This document shows positions 9,309 to 18,095 of a DNA stretch of 64,000 nt, one piece after another. Numbering within the stretch: the first letter of the stretch is position 1; the number at the start of each line of letters is the position of its first letter. The notes beneath the pieces are model-generated. The model saw only the letters and a list, made by a program, of their open reading frames with translations. It made no database searches and was not told the DNA's origin. Made by a program: the position numbers and the translations under genes. Origin of the DNA: a virus; IMG/VR virus record IMGVR_UViG_3300027741_000022, positions 32,001 through 96,000 of that record; one strand, written 5' to 3'.

Positions 9309-10166
9309 ATGTCAAAGGACGGCAAGGACGGCAGAGGTAGAAAAGAACATCAGTTAAAAACTCTCCTCAGAGAAAACGCAGAAGCAAGAAAAGCTTTTGC
9401 CAGTCTAGTTGATAGTTTGGGGAAGATGCAGACGATAGCATCTCATTTAGTCAATGAAGGTTTGAAGTTTGGGAAAAATTCTGTTGCTATAGATAGCATC
9501 AGTGTGCCAACCCTGGCTTTGATTATCAAGGAGAATGGTCATTCTTTGAGAAAGGGCAGACCGACTGCAAGCGGCAGCACTGTTTGGAAAAATAAACCCC
9601 AAGCAATTCAAGCTGTTTGTGATGTTTTAAGAGATCATGGTCTTCACAAGGGAAGAGATTATCTTTTAAATAATGGTGTAACCTACACCAATGAAAATGG
9701 TGAAAAAGAGCATTTCACTTTTTCGGCAAATGGAAAGAAGTTGTTGTCAATCACAACTCTTTCAAAGGTAGCAAGAGAAAATGAAATCAAATTCATGGTT
9801 GGACCAAGAAAGGTTCGAACCAAGTCACTTATTACTTCTGACGAACAAAAAGAGATCAACAAAGCTTCAAAAGAAGATGAAGTTGTTGATGAGTCTGTAG
9901 ATGAAGTCGAAGAAGTTATTGAAGATGAAGATGAAGTTGTTGATCAAATAGTCGATGAGGATGAGGATGAGGATGAGGATGAGGATGAGGATGAGGATGA
10001 GGATGAGGATGAGGATGAGGATGAGGATGAGGATGAGGATGAGGATGAGGATGAGGATGAGGATGAGGATGAAGAAATAGAGGACGATGAAGATGAGGAT
10101 GAGGATGAAGATGAAGATTTTGATGACGAAATAGAAGACCTTGAGGAAGAGGATGACGAAGACTAA
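9309..10166 (+). CDS. Protein with a basic N-terminal domain and a long Asp/Glu tail
   Basis: SD AGGAG; roughly the last 90 residues are almost entirely D/E. Confidence 0.8.
   Translation: MSKDGKDGRGRKEHQLKTLLRENAEARKAFASLVDSLGKMQTIASHLVNEGLKFGKNSVAIDSISVPTLALIIKENGHSLRKGRPTASGSTVWKNKPQAIQAVCDVLRDHGLHKGRDYLLNNGVTYTNENGEKEHFTFSANGKKLLSITTLSKVARENEIKFMVGPRKVRTKSLITSDEQKEINKASKEDEVVDESVDEVEEVIEDEDEVVDQIVDEDEDEDEDEDEDEDEDEDEDEDEDEDEDEDEDEDEDEDEEIEDDEDEDEDEDEDFDDEIEDLEEEDDED
9954..10070 (+). repeat. Perfect (GATGAG)19.5 coding microsatellite
   Basis: 117 nt uninterrupted, encodes (DE)n. Confidence 0.9.
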
Positions 10167-10185
10167 ATCCTGCCCGTGCCGCCAT

Positions 10186-10203
10186 CTTTCTTTGTGGTAC
10201 GCT
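10186..10203 (+). promoter_or_regulatory. Dispersed 18-bp motif, copy 4
   Basis: CTTTCTTTGTGGTACGCT, followed 3 nt later by a hairpin. Confidence 0.7.
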
Positions 10204-10206
10204 CAC

Positions 10207-10241
10207 ACTCCAGAGGCGGGAGAACCGCCTCTGGAGTTTTT
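10207..10241 (+). terminator. Rho-independent terminator
   Basis: 13-bp stem ACTCCAGAGGCGG/CCGCCTCTGGAGT plus a T-tract. Confidence 0.75.
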
Positions 10242-10258
10242 ATTCCTAGGAACAAAAG

Positions 10259-10630
10259 ATGAAAAAAGTTTTGGTCATCAAAGATTATGATAAGTTTGTT
10301 AAAAAAATGAAAGAAAACACGGTAAACTTGTTGGAAAATTTCTCCGACAGTTTGAGCAACGATTTGTCAGGTTTGTTCTTAAGAGAGCTCAAGATTAGTT
10401 TGTCAAATCAAGATTTCTCCAAGATGATTTCAGACTCTGAGGTAAAGTCTATTATTTCTGGTTATACAAAAGAAATTGATGGCAACCTTGTAATCAGACA
10501 CAAAGATCTGGAGAAATGCAATGATTCTTTGAGAGAACGGTTTGCAAGCAATCTTGTTTCTTTTCTGGTAAAGAATAACTATGTAGAACAAGGGTACGAC
10601 GAAGAGCAAAACAATTTTTGCTTTTTCTGA
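10259..10630 (+). CDS. Hypothetical protein
   Basis: ORF track; tiles with downstream genes. Confidence 0.6.
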   Translation: MKKVLVIKDYDKFVKKMKENTVNLLENFSDSLSNDLSGLFLRELKISLSNQDFSKMISDSEVKSIISGYTKEIDGNLVIRHKDLEKCNDSLRERFASNLVSFLVKNNYVEQGYDEEQNNFCFF

Positions 10631-10632
10631 TA

Positions 10633-11043
10633 ATGCAAATATCTCTTTTACTGAAAACAGATGGTCTTACTCCAATTGATGATTCTTTAATTTTTAAAAT
10701 TAAGAAGCCTCATAAATATTGGCAATTGGAAGATCCTGTTTCTGTAATGGCGAGCTACAAAGATGTCTCTGATCCAACTTTTATCAAAGAAATTTTGAAA
10801 TTAGACTTCATAGAAAAAGAGATTGGTTTTCTTTCTGTTTGTAATAATTTTGAATACAGATCAAAAGTTTTAAAAGAATCTGGGGCATTTTCTCTTTATT
10901 CTTTTTGGGCTAGATCTTTGCATTATTGGAAATTGTACAAAACATATTCTTTTGATTCTGAGGATGATTGTTTTGACCAAATGTTGGCAGACTATAATTT
11001 CTTAGAAAAAAGAAGCCTTCTGGATGCATTTAAGAATGATTGA
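10633..11043 (+). CDS. Hypothetical protein
   Basis: ORF track; ATG 2 nt after the upstream stop. Confidence 0.6.
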   Translation: MQISLLLKTDGLTPIDDSLIFKIKKPHKYWQLEDPVSVMASYKDVSDPTFIKEILKLDFIEKEIGFLSVCNNFEYRSKVLKESGAFSLYSFWARSLHYWKLYKTYSFDSEDDCFDQMLADYNFLEKRSLLDAFKND

Positions 11044-11302
11044 AAAATTTGAATCTGAGGCTAATAAGTTTTTTATAGAACAGACTTTAGGAGATTGTTT
11101 CTTAATGTCTGACGAAGAAACTATAAATTTTATTGAAGCTTGTGAGTTCAATATAAATAAATTAAGAAATGTCTGCGATAATAAAGAAGATGCCAAGGTT
11201 ATTTATTGCGTTGAGGTTTTCATCAGGTCTATGTGTTGCCGTCTTTTGAATGTAAATAGAGCCGGCAGGTTAATGCAAGGCAAGTTATGCGATCAGTCCT
11301 AA
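11036..11302 (+). CDS. Hypothetical protein
   Basis: ORF track; overlapping start and stop. Confidence 0.55.
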   Translation: MIEKFESEANKFFIEQTLGDCFLMSDEETINFIEACEFNINKLRNVCDNKEDAKVIYCVEVFIRSMCCRLLNVNRAGRLMQGKLCDQS

Positions 11303-11778
11303 TTTTGTTATTTGTTTGTAACATCTCTTTTGCCGCAGACAGAATTTTAGTTGTACAAAATCCAAATTGTATTTACAACAACGTTCTGGACTCTATTGTA
11401 AAATCTATTAATGAAGAGAATTTAGAAGAATATTCAAAAAACTTCATGTCTTTTACAAAAAAAGACAGGTTGAATATGTCGTTGTTTTTTTTAAGACATG
11501 AGCCGACTGTACTTATTTTTGAAAAACACATCTTGCAAGAAACAGATTCAAAAGTTGAATTGGCAGTTTCCTATCAGATTACTTGCGATAATGACCAAAA
11601 GCATTACAAGTTTTCATCAATCATAACTATGAAAAAAGTTGGTGACATTTGGAAGTTTTCAAAAGAAAAAATAATATCTCTCAATTCTGTAGATAAAGAT
11701 TGTTCAAGTTGTTCTGTTGAACAAAATGAAAACGAAGATGGTCTTGTGTGCTTTGGAGGACAATGCAATCTCAAATAA
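11287..11778 (+). CDS. Secreted protein, NTF2-like
   Basis: Signal peptide MRSVLILLFVCNISFA; beta-rich body ending MKKVGDIWK; Cys-containing tail. Confidence 0.55.
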   Translation: MRSVLILLFVCNISFAADRILVVQNPNCIYNNVLDSIVKSINEENLEEYSKNFMSFTKKDRLNMSLFFLRHEPTVLIFEKHILQETDSKVELAVSYQITCDNDQKHYKFSSIITMKKVGDIWKFSKEKIISLNSVDKDCSSCSVEQNENEDGLVCFGGQCNLK

Positions 11779-12589
11779 TATTCTTTCCTTAAGAAATGTT
11801 TTGAAAATACCATCTTTCTCTACAAGAGAAGAATTGGTCGTAGACTACATAGAAAATTATTGTATAGACAACAGTTTGCTATATAGAAAAGATTCAAAAA
11901 ATAATATTTATGTTGTTAAGGGAAAATTGAACGAAGATGAATATTTTCCTTGTGCTGTGGCACACACCGACACTGTTCATAGAGACCAGATTGATTTGAT
12001 TGAATCTGGCACAAGTCTTGATATTTTTGAAGAAAAGCAAGACGGTAAGACAATCCTCACAGCCATAGATCCAATAAAAAACACAAGAACTGGTATTGGC
12101 GGCGATGACAAATGCGGTGTATACATATGCTTGAAACTTTTGGAGAAGATGGATAATATCAAGTGCGCATTCTTCGTAGAAGAAGAAATAGGTATGAAGG
12201 GCTCAACATTATGCGACCTTGAATTTTTTGATGACGTTGGATATGCTGTACAGTTCGATGCTCCTACTAATGATTGGTTCAGCGAAAGTTGCAGCGGTCA
12301 CAAGCTTTGGTCTGAAGAATATTTTGAATCAATACAAGATGTTCTTGCCAAGTATGGTGTGAAAAACATATCTACCGATCCGTTCACAGATGTTGTTCAG
12401 TTACGAAAGAAATTTGATTTTTGTTGTAGCGTTCTTCCCACAGGCTACTACAATCAGCACTCTAAGTATGAATATGTGATTGAAGAAGAAACAGAAGATT
12501 GTGTGAGATTAGCCATTGACTTCATAGAAAAACTTGGCTACAAAAAATACTATTTCAAAAAAGGTAGCTCAGCACAGAGCGTGTTTTAA
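11717..12589 (+). CDS. M20/M28-family zinc metallopeptidase
   Basis: AHTDTV, GGDDKCG, EEEIG, GYYNQH; true start uncertain. Confidence 0.8.
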   Translation: MNKMKTKMVLCALEDNAISNNILSLRNVLKIPSFSTREELVVDYIENYCIDNSLLYRKDSKNNIYVVKGKLNEDEYFPCAVAHTDTVHRDQIDLIESGTSLDIFEEKQDGKTILTAIDPIKNTRTGIGGDDKCGVYICLKLLEKMDNIKCAFFVEEEIGMKGSTLCDLEFFDDVGYAVQFDAPTNDWFSESCSGHKLWSEEYFESIQDVLAKYGVKNISTDPFTDVVQLRKKFDFCCSVLPTGYYNQHSKYEYVIEEETEDCVRLAIDFIEKLGYKKYYFKKGSSAQSVF

Positions 12590-12634
12590 TCTTAGAACAA
12601 ATTGTGCTATTTGTTCTGTTCAAGGAGGATTGTT

Positions 12635-13018
12635 ATGTATTCTAAGAATTTGATTCTTGCCGTCGTGGCTGTTTTGTTTGTTTCAAATTATTCTGATGCT
12701 GCCCCAAGGAAGAGATATAATTATTCAACCCCAACCTATTCTTCTGTTCCATCCGAAAAGGTTTATTCATACACCAATTCTGTTCCAAATTCTCAGGGAA
12801 ATAGTGATCAAGAAAGATGTCAGGCAGAAGCCAATCATATGGCTGCAAATAACATCACTGGTCACGTTTGGAGCTGTATTGGTAGTTTTGAGGGTGTTGG
12901 CTATGGATCTTCTCCAAATTGCAACACCTGCACGCCCAGCGGTAGAATGAGCTTAACAGGTGATGCCAGTGCTCAGGGTAGAAATGGCATGTGGTATCGT
13001 GTTCGCTCTTGGCGATAA
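12635..13018 (+). CDS. Secreted small Cys/Gly-rich protein (CAP/SCP-like)
   Basis: SD AAGGAGG; signal peptide; CQAEANHMA...GH...EGVG...C..C...GDASAQG.NG.WYRVR.WR. Confidence 0.6.
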   Translation: MYSKNLILAVVAVLFVSNYSDAAPRKRYNYSTPTYSSVPSEKVYSYTNSVPNSQGNSDQERCQAEANHMAANNITGHVWSCIGSFEGVGYGSSPNCNTCTPSGRMSLTGDASAQGRNGMWYRVRSWR

Positions 13019-13022
13019 GTTA

Positions 13023-13064
13023 AACACCCGGAGAGGATTTTATTCCTCTCCGGGTGTTCTTTTG
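13023..13064 (+). terminator. Rho-independent terminator
   Basis: 15-bp stem AACACCCGGAGAGGA/TCCTCTCCGGGTGTT plus a T-tract. Confidence 0.85.
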
Positions 13065-13086
13065 TTTGATTACACAGGTGAGGAAA

Positions 13087-13233
13087 ATGGAATACATTAT
13101 TCTTGCAGTGTTGGTTGTTGTTTTTTTAAACGCTTGGTATAATCCCGATACAAGCTCCACTTCTTATAGACTTGGAAGAGGAGTTGGGAATAAAACCAGA
13201 AAACTTGGTGAATGGTTGATGAAAGATGATTGA
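13087..13233 (+). CDS. Small membrane protein
   Basis: Hand-found 48-aa ORF MEYIILAVLVVVFLNAWYNP..., SD GAGGA. Confidence 0.55.
   Translation: MEYIILAVLVVVFLNAWYNPDTSSTSYRLGRGVGNKTRKLGEWLMKDD
13115..13143 (+). promoter_or_regulatory. Sigma-70-type promoter for 13275
   Basis: TTGTTG-N17-TATAAT with TGG before the -10. Confidence 0.5.
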
Positions 13234-13274
13234 AGTTTCACTCATTTTGTTTTGTTTAATTAAAGGAGTTGATT

Positions 13275-13598
13275 ATGTCTGAAGAAAAGAAAGTTTCAAA
13301 GACAAAGATGGTCAAGGAAATTCTTGAACAAAATCCATCTTTAAAGCCAATGGACATAGTTAAGATTATGTCCGAAAAAGGTATTGAAATTGATAATAAG
13401 TATGTGAGTATTATCAAGAGTAAAATTAAGACTGGTAACAAGAAGCCCATTTCTGTTGCTAAAAGAAGAATGAGTGGACACAAATCAAATGTGTCTGATT
13501 CTTTTGAAGATCTTATTGCTGTTAAGAACCTTTATGACACCATGGGTGCAGACAGAATTATTTCTGCTGTAAAGGCTATCGAAAAGATCACTAAGTAG
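13275..13598 (+). CDS. Small basic HTH-like DNA-binding protein
   Basis: SD AAGGAG; SKTKMVKEILEQNPSLKPMDIVKIMSEKGIEI...VS.IKS; followed by a terminator. Confidence 0.65.
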   Translation: MSEEKKVSKTKMVKEILEQNPSLKPMDIVKIMSEKGIEIDNKYVSIIKSKIKTGNKKPISVAKRRMSGHKSNVSDSFEDLIAVKNLYDTMGADRIISAVKAIEKITK

Positions 13599-13608
13599 TT
13601 TTTATTCT

Positions 13609-13648
13609 TACACGGGGGGATAGTTCAATATCCCCCCGTGTATTTTTT
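13609..13648 (+). terminator. Rho-independent terminator
   Basis: 14-bp stem TACACGGGGGGATA/TATCCCCCCGTGTA plus T6. Confidence 0.85.
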
Positions 13649-13665
13649 TAAAGAAATATATTATT

Positions 13666-14469
13666 ATGATTTTAAAACAAGTCAAACAGTTAGTAGATGA
13701 ATTAAAGGCAACCTCTAGTTCTCTTGAGAAAAAAGAGATTCTCAAAAAACACCTTGCCGACAATGAAAATTTAAAAAATATTGTTTATTATACATACAAT
13801 CCATTTTATCAATTTTATATAACAAGTGATGTTTGTGAAAAAAACATTCATCTCTCTGGCAAACAGTTTGAATGTATATTTGAATTACTAGATTCTTTGA
13901 GGTTAAGGAAATTAACTGGACACGACGCAGTTGGAGCAGTTAATGCATACATCAAAAAGAATGAAGAGTACAAAGAAATTATCTACACAATTATAGACAA
14001 AGATCTTAAAACAAGAACTGCAGAAAAGACAATCAATTCTGCAATTAGAAACTTAATACCTGAATTTGAAGTAGCTTTAGCCGATAAATATGATGAAAAG
14101 AATGTAAACTTTAAAGACACTTGGTATGCCAGCCAAAAAATGGACGGCTGCGTAGACTATAATACTGTTGTGGAATTCAAAGATGGTAAAAAACTTCCCA
14201 TAGGCTATGTGGTAGACAATAAAATTTTAGGAGAAGTTAAGTGTTATGATCACAAAAATAAAAAGATTGAGTATAAGCGTATTTTGAATTATATGAAAAA
14301 TACCGAAGATATTTCGGAAAATAAAAATGAAACTAATTGGTATGAAATAGAGTTGGAGAATGGGCATAAATTGAATATCACAGGAAATGATACAATCTAT
14401 CTCCCAGAGCTTAAATGCTATAGAAAAGTTGAAGAATTAAGAGGAGATGAAAAAGTTTTGTTTGATTAA
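13666..14469 (+). CDS. ATP-dependent DNA ligase N-part fused to an N-terminal split intein
   Basis: T4 gp30-like N-domain, then adenylation motif SQKMDG, then CVDYNTVV... intein block A; ORF ends at a stop with no C-intein. Confidence 0.88.
   Translation: MILKQVKQLVDELKATSSSLEKKEILKKHLADNENLKNIVYYTYNPFYQFYITSDVCEKNIHLSGKQFECIFELLDSLRLRKLTGHDAVGAVNAYIKKNEEYKEIIYTIIDKDLKTRTAEKTINSAIRNLIPEFEVALADKYDEKNVNFKDTWYASQKMDGCVDYNTVVEFKDGKKLPIGYVVDNKILGEVKCYDHKNKKIEYKRILNYMKNTEDISENKNETNWYEIELENGHKLNITGNDTIYLPELKCYRKVEELRGDEKVLFD
14149..14469 (+). mobile_element. Split intein N-fragment (106 aa)
   Basis: C1 immediately after KMDG; YEIELENGHKLNITGND resembles block B. Confidence 0.85.
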
Positions 14470-14484
14470 AATGTCCGTCTAATT

Positions 14485-14520
14485 TTTTGCTTCCTGTTCA
14501 TATATAAACAGGAGGCAAAA
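14485..14520 (+). promoter_or_regulatory. RBS-sequestering hairpin with a putative late promoter in the loop
   Basis: TTTTGCTTCCTGTT-CATATATA-AACAGGAGGCAAAA-ATG: 14 bp with one G-U, occluding AGGAGG. Confidence 0.75.
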
Positions 14521-15435
14521 ATGATTAAGTGTGAATTTTGTAAAAAAGCTAAGTTTTCAACAAATAATCAATTGCGTGGACACAAAGCCAAATGCCAGGA
14601 TTACATTAATTTTATTACAGAATATCGTAATAAAATTTTAACTAAAAAGTATTTAAAAAAACAACTGGTTGATTTAGGTCATTCTTGTTATCATTTGGAA
14701 TTGGAATTAAATGATCCAAGAATTAAAACATGTGATATAATAGCCAAAGCAAAAGAGTTAGGTTTGCCGACACAAACAATTAAAGAGGCTGCAAACAATC
14801 CGCTAACTAAACAAAAAAGAATACAATCGAATCTTAAAAAACATGGCTATAAAAATAATTTTCAATCAAAAAAAACAATCAAAACTTTAAAGAAAAAATA
14901 TGGCAAAAATATTACAAATGTTTTTCAGTTAGATTTTGTCAAAGAAAAAAGCAAAAAAACTATGGTGGAAAGATACGGGGTTGAAAACCCTGTGTTTCTT
15001 CCCAACTACAGAAGAAATGTCGGCAATATATCCTGGCAGCATAGATCAATAGAAAAAATCTTGGATAAATATGAAGTTGTTTACGATAGCGAAAATAAAC
15101 AGAGAATATCTTTTGGTAAGTATAACAAAAAATTAAAAAGAAACTACAATCCCAGACCAGATATTATTTTACATAAAGAGAAAATTATTTTTGAAATTTA
15201 TGGTGATTATTATCATGCTAATCCCAAAAAATATAAACCAAATGATTTGTTGGTAACATGGGCTGGAGAGCTTAAGGCTTTGGATATATGGGAAAAAGAC
15301 AAAAATAGAATGAATCATTTAAAAAGCTTTGGCTATAAAGTTTATGTTTTTTGGGGCTCTGACATTCGTTCCGATTCAAAAAAAGTAGAAAGAAGAATAT
15401 GCAGGCTATTAAAATTAAAAAAATCACCAGAATAG
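14521..15435 (+). CDS. Free-standing homing endonuclease, Vsr/DUF559-like
   Basis: N-terminal CxxC...H...C; repeats KKYG..N.F and ERYGVENP; C-terminal PDIIL...IFEIYGDYYHA...KD..R...L...GYKV..FW. Confidence 0.8.
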   Translation: MIKCEFCKKAKFSTNNQLRGHKAKCQDYINFITEYRNKILTKKYLKKQLVDLGHSCYHLELELNDPRIKTCDIIAKAKELGLPTQTIKEAANNPLTKQKRIQSNLKKHGYKNNFQSKKTIKTLKKKYGKNITNVFQLDFVKEKSKKTMVERYGVENPVFLPNYRRNVGNISWQHRSIEKILDKYEVVYDSENKQRISFGKYNKKLKRNYNPRPDIILHKEKIIFEIYGDYYHANPKKYKPNDLLVTWAGELKALDIWEKDKNRMNHLKSFGYKVYVFWGSDIRSDSKKVERRICRLLKLKKSPE

Positions 15436-15509
15436 AAAATAGAGATAAATACGAACTAGAAGTTGAAGATAATTCAAATTTTTTCACCAATGGTATTCTT
15501 AAACATAAT
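15399..15509 (+). mobile_element. Split intein C-fragment (37 aa)
   Basis: Blocks F and G ending in HN, followed by Cys+1. Confidence 0.85.
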
Positions 15510-16304
15510 TGTCGGTGTGCTTGTGTTGTTGATGAAAACGGTAAAGTTACAAGCTACAGCCGTCAAGGCAAGATATTTACAACCCTTGGTGTTGTTGAAA
15601 AAGAAATAGAAGCTCTAGGTTTAAAAAATGTTGTTTTTGATGGAGAGTTGTGTTCAATTAAAAACGGCATAGAAGATTTTCAATCAATAATGAAGTTGAT
15701 CAGGAAGAAGGACTACACAATACCTAATCCTGCTTATAAAATTTTTGATATGATTGATATCAATGATTTTTTTAATAAGAAGAGTAAGGATAAATTATCC
15801 ACAAGACTGCAGAAGCTAAAAGAAACAATACCAGAGAAAAACAAATACCTCCAGCTTTTAAAGCAAACCGTAGTTAAAGACAAGGATCACTTTGCCGAAC
15901 TATTGAAAGAAGCAAGTGATAAAAATTGGGAAGGGTTGATGCTTAGACGAGACTCTGCGTATGAAGGAAAAAGATCAAGAAGTCTTTTGAAAGTAAAAAC
16001 CTTCTTTGACGCAGAGTATAAAGTGGTTGATGTTGAGAATGGTCCCTTCCGCTTAGTAGTAGACGGCAAGGAAGTAGAGGAAACCATGCTTTCGTGCGTA
16101 ACAATCAAACACAAGGGATTTCCCGTTCGTGTTGGTTCAGGATGGACAATCGAAGACCGAAAGTTATATTATAAGAATCCAGAGAAAATTATTGGGAAAA
16201 TAATTTCTGTACAATATTTCTCTGAATCTTTTAATGAAAAAGGTGAAACTTCTCTAAGATTCCCCACTGTTAAATTTGTTCACGGAGAAAAAAGAGATAC
16301 ATAA
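15399..16304 (+). CDS. C-terminal split intein fused to ATP-dependent DNA ligase C-part
   Basis: YELEVEDNSNFFTNGILKHN|CRC, then FDGE, KIFD, EGLMLR, LLKVK and an OB fold ending LRFP. Confidence 0.88.
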   Translation: MQAIKIKKITRIENRDKYELEVEDNSNFFTNGILKHNCRCACVVDENGKVTSYSRQGKIFTTLGVVEKEIEALGLKNVVFDGELCSIKNGIEDFQSIMKLIRKKDYTIPNPAYKIFDMIDINDFFNKKSKDKLSTRLQKLKETIPEKNKYLQLLKQTVVKDKDHFAELLKEASDKNWEGLMLRRDSAYEGKRSRSLLKVKTFFDAEYKVVDVENGPFRLVVDGKEVEETMLSCVTIKHKGFPVRVGSGWTIEDRKLYYKNPEKIIGKIISVQYFSESFNEKGETSLRFPTVKFVHGEKRDT

Positions 16305-16315
16305 AAGGAGTATTT

Positions 16316-17251
16316 GTGGGCAAACTAGGGCTTTGCTGTATATCTTTGATTCTTCAAGAGCGTGACCCGCCTTTAAAGTTTCAGAAAATGACCAAGACAC
16401 GCTTTCTTGCTTTGCCAAAAGATGAAGCAAGAAAGATTCTTGGAGAGCGAATTCTGAATAATATGATGGTGACCAATGAGGCTATCAAATATTGTTATGA
16501 AAATGATTATTGCTATCGAGTTAGTAGCGATCTTTTTCCGCTGATTACCTGTGATGAAGTTGGAACAGAACTCAAGGACTTAGTTAATTATAATGAAATT
16601 GAAATGGCTTTTGATCAAATTAAAGAAACTATATCCAATACCAATGTACGTGTTTCTGCTCACCCTAGTGAATTTAATGTGTTGGCTTCAACCAATATTC
16701 CCGCTGTCGAAAAAACAATTAAAGAACTTAACTTCTACAGTGAATTTTTCGACCGGATCGGCTGTGAAGCAAGTCATGTTAATCCCATGAATTTGCATAT
16801 TAACAACAAATTGGGATCTGATGATGAAGTGATTGAACGGTTTTTAAATAGTTTTGAAAAACTGGATGCTAACTGCAAGGCTCGATTGGTAATTGAGAAT
16901 GATGATAAACTAAATTGTTGGAGTGTTCGACAATTAAAGTATTTTCACGAGAAAACCAGTTTGCCAATTACTTTTGATTATCTTCATCATGCTTGTCATC
17001 CCGACAATATGAGTGAAGAAGAAGCTATTCATGTTTGTTTTGATACTTGGGATACAAAACCATTGTTTCATTACAGCGAGAGCAGAGAGGGAAATAATCC
17101 TCGCGCTCACGCTGATTATGCAAGCAAAAAGTTCGATAACCATGAGCTAGATTTTGACTGCGACCTGGAACTAAAGCAAAAAGACAAAGCTATACAAGCT
17201 TTTAATGAACAATTTATAAACACAAACGAGCTTAATAAAGGTGCCGCTTGA
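16316..17251 (+). CDS. uvsE: UV-damage endonuclease (UVDE)
   Basis: LGLCCI, YRVSSDLFP, RVSAHP, NLH, IENDD, FDYLHH, PLFHYSE, HAD, LELKQKD. Confidence 0.9.
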   Translation: MGKLGLCCISLILQERDPPLKFQKMTKTRFLALPKDEARKILGERILNNMMVTNEAIKYCYENDYCYRVSSDLFPLITCDEVGTELKDLVNYNEIEMAFDQIKETISNTNVRVSAHPSEFNVLASTNIPAVEKTIKELNFYSEFFDRIGCEASHVNPMNLHINNKLGSDDEVIERFLNSFEKLDANCKARLVIENDDKLNCWSVRQLKYFHEKTSLPITFDYLHHACHPDNMSEEEAIHVCFDTWDTKPLFHYSESREGNNPRAHADYASKKFDNHELDFDCDLELKQKDKAIQAFNEQFINTNELNKGAA

Positions 17252-17553
17252 TCAGCCTTAATAAAGAATGCTTTGATATAAAAATCGAAGTTAGACATGG
17301 CAAAATAACAGCAGGCAATCCAGTTTTGTATTCTGGTGCTGTTATCGCTTTAAAGGTTGATTTGGATGCTGATGCGAAAATAGCAGCCGTATCTAATCTA
17401 ATAAAACCTTCAGTCATATTGTACGCAGGAGATATTGAGGATATTGATAATTATACGAGAATTATTTTTTCTGATTATGAAGGATTTGAAGTTTTTGCAT
17501 GTGAAGTATATAAAAAACAACTTAATGTATGCCTAGTTAAAAACGAGATCTGA
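17248..17553 (+). CDS. Hypothetical protein
   Basis: TTGA overlap with the uvsE stop. Confidence 0.55.
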   Translation: MISLNKECFDIKIEVRHGKITAGNPVLYSGAVIALKVDLDADAKIAAVSNLIKPSVILYAGDIEDIDNYTRIIFSDYEGFEVFACEVYKKQLNVCLVKNEI

Positions 17554-17561
17554 TCAGATAA

Positions 17562-17579
17562 GTTTCCTCCCGGTACGCT
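17562..17579 (+). promoter_or_regulatory. Dispersed 18-bp motif, copy 5
   Basis: GTTTCCTCCCGGTACGCT, 8 nt before the ATG at 17588. Confidence 0.8.
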
Positions 17580-17587
17580 ACCTTGTT

Positions 17588-18082
17588 ATGGTAAACAAAG
17601 CGAAAAAGGTTAGTCAAGATTATTTGGTGGAGAGTCGCTATGAACACGCAAAGCGTGTTGTGAACATTCTTTGCAAATATGAAAAGCCGTCTGATGTGGA
17701 AATAGTTGCTGCATATCTGCACGATATTTTCGAAGACACATATCTTTCCGAAGAATATATTCTCGAAGAATTTGGTCAAGAAGTGGTTAGTTTGGTGAAA
17801 GAATTAACAAATCCAATAGATCATTGCTTAGACAGATCTTTTGAGCATATGACTAAAGCTTCTAAAAAGGCTAAAAGAATAAAGCTATGCGATAGAATTG
17901 ACAATATGTCTAAAAGAATACACTCTATAAACGAATACAAGAAAAAGAAGATTCTTTCTTACATTGAAGAGTCAAAGAATTTATTTGAAATGTTAAAAAA
18001 TTCTGACGAAGAATTATCAAATCTATATCTTGAGACCCTCGGATCCCTAGAGGAAGCCTGTAGAAAAAATTGTTTTGAATAA
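17588..18082 (+). CDS. HD-domain hydrolase (SpoT/Mesh1-like)
   Basis: HAKRV, AAYLHDIFEDT, FG.EV..LV.ELT, IKLCDRIDN. Confidence 0.85.
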   Translation: MVNKAKKVSQDYLVESRYEHAKRVVNILCKYEKPSDVEIVAAYLHDIFEDTYLSEEYILEEFGQEVVSLVKELTNPIDHCLDRSFEHMTKASKKAKRIKLCDRIDNMSKRIHSINEYKKKKILSYIEESKNLFEMLKNSDEELSNLYLETLGSLEEACRKNCFE

Positions 18083-18095
18083 TAATATATATTCG

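Noticed and set aside
9805-9830. GGTTCGAACC, resembling a tRNA T-loop
   Set aside because: It lies inside a CDS with no cloverleaf around it; no tRNA was found by eye anywhere in the window.
9916-10206. Minus-strand poly-(His-Pro) ORF
   Set aside because: It is the antisense shadow of the (GATGAG)n acidic tail and has no RBS; the + strand gene has a promoter and SD.
12594-12617. 9-bp inverted repeat AGAACAAAT/ATTTGTTCT upstream of 12635
   Set aside because: It is a single AT-rich instance with no second copy seen; it could be an operator, but support is insufficient.
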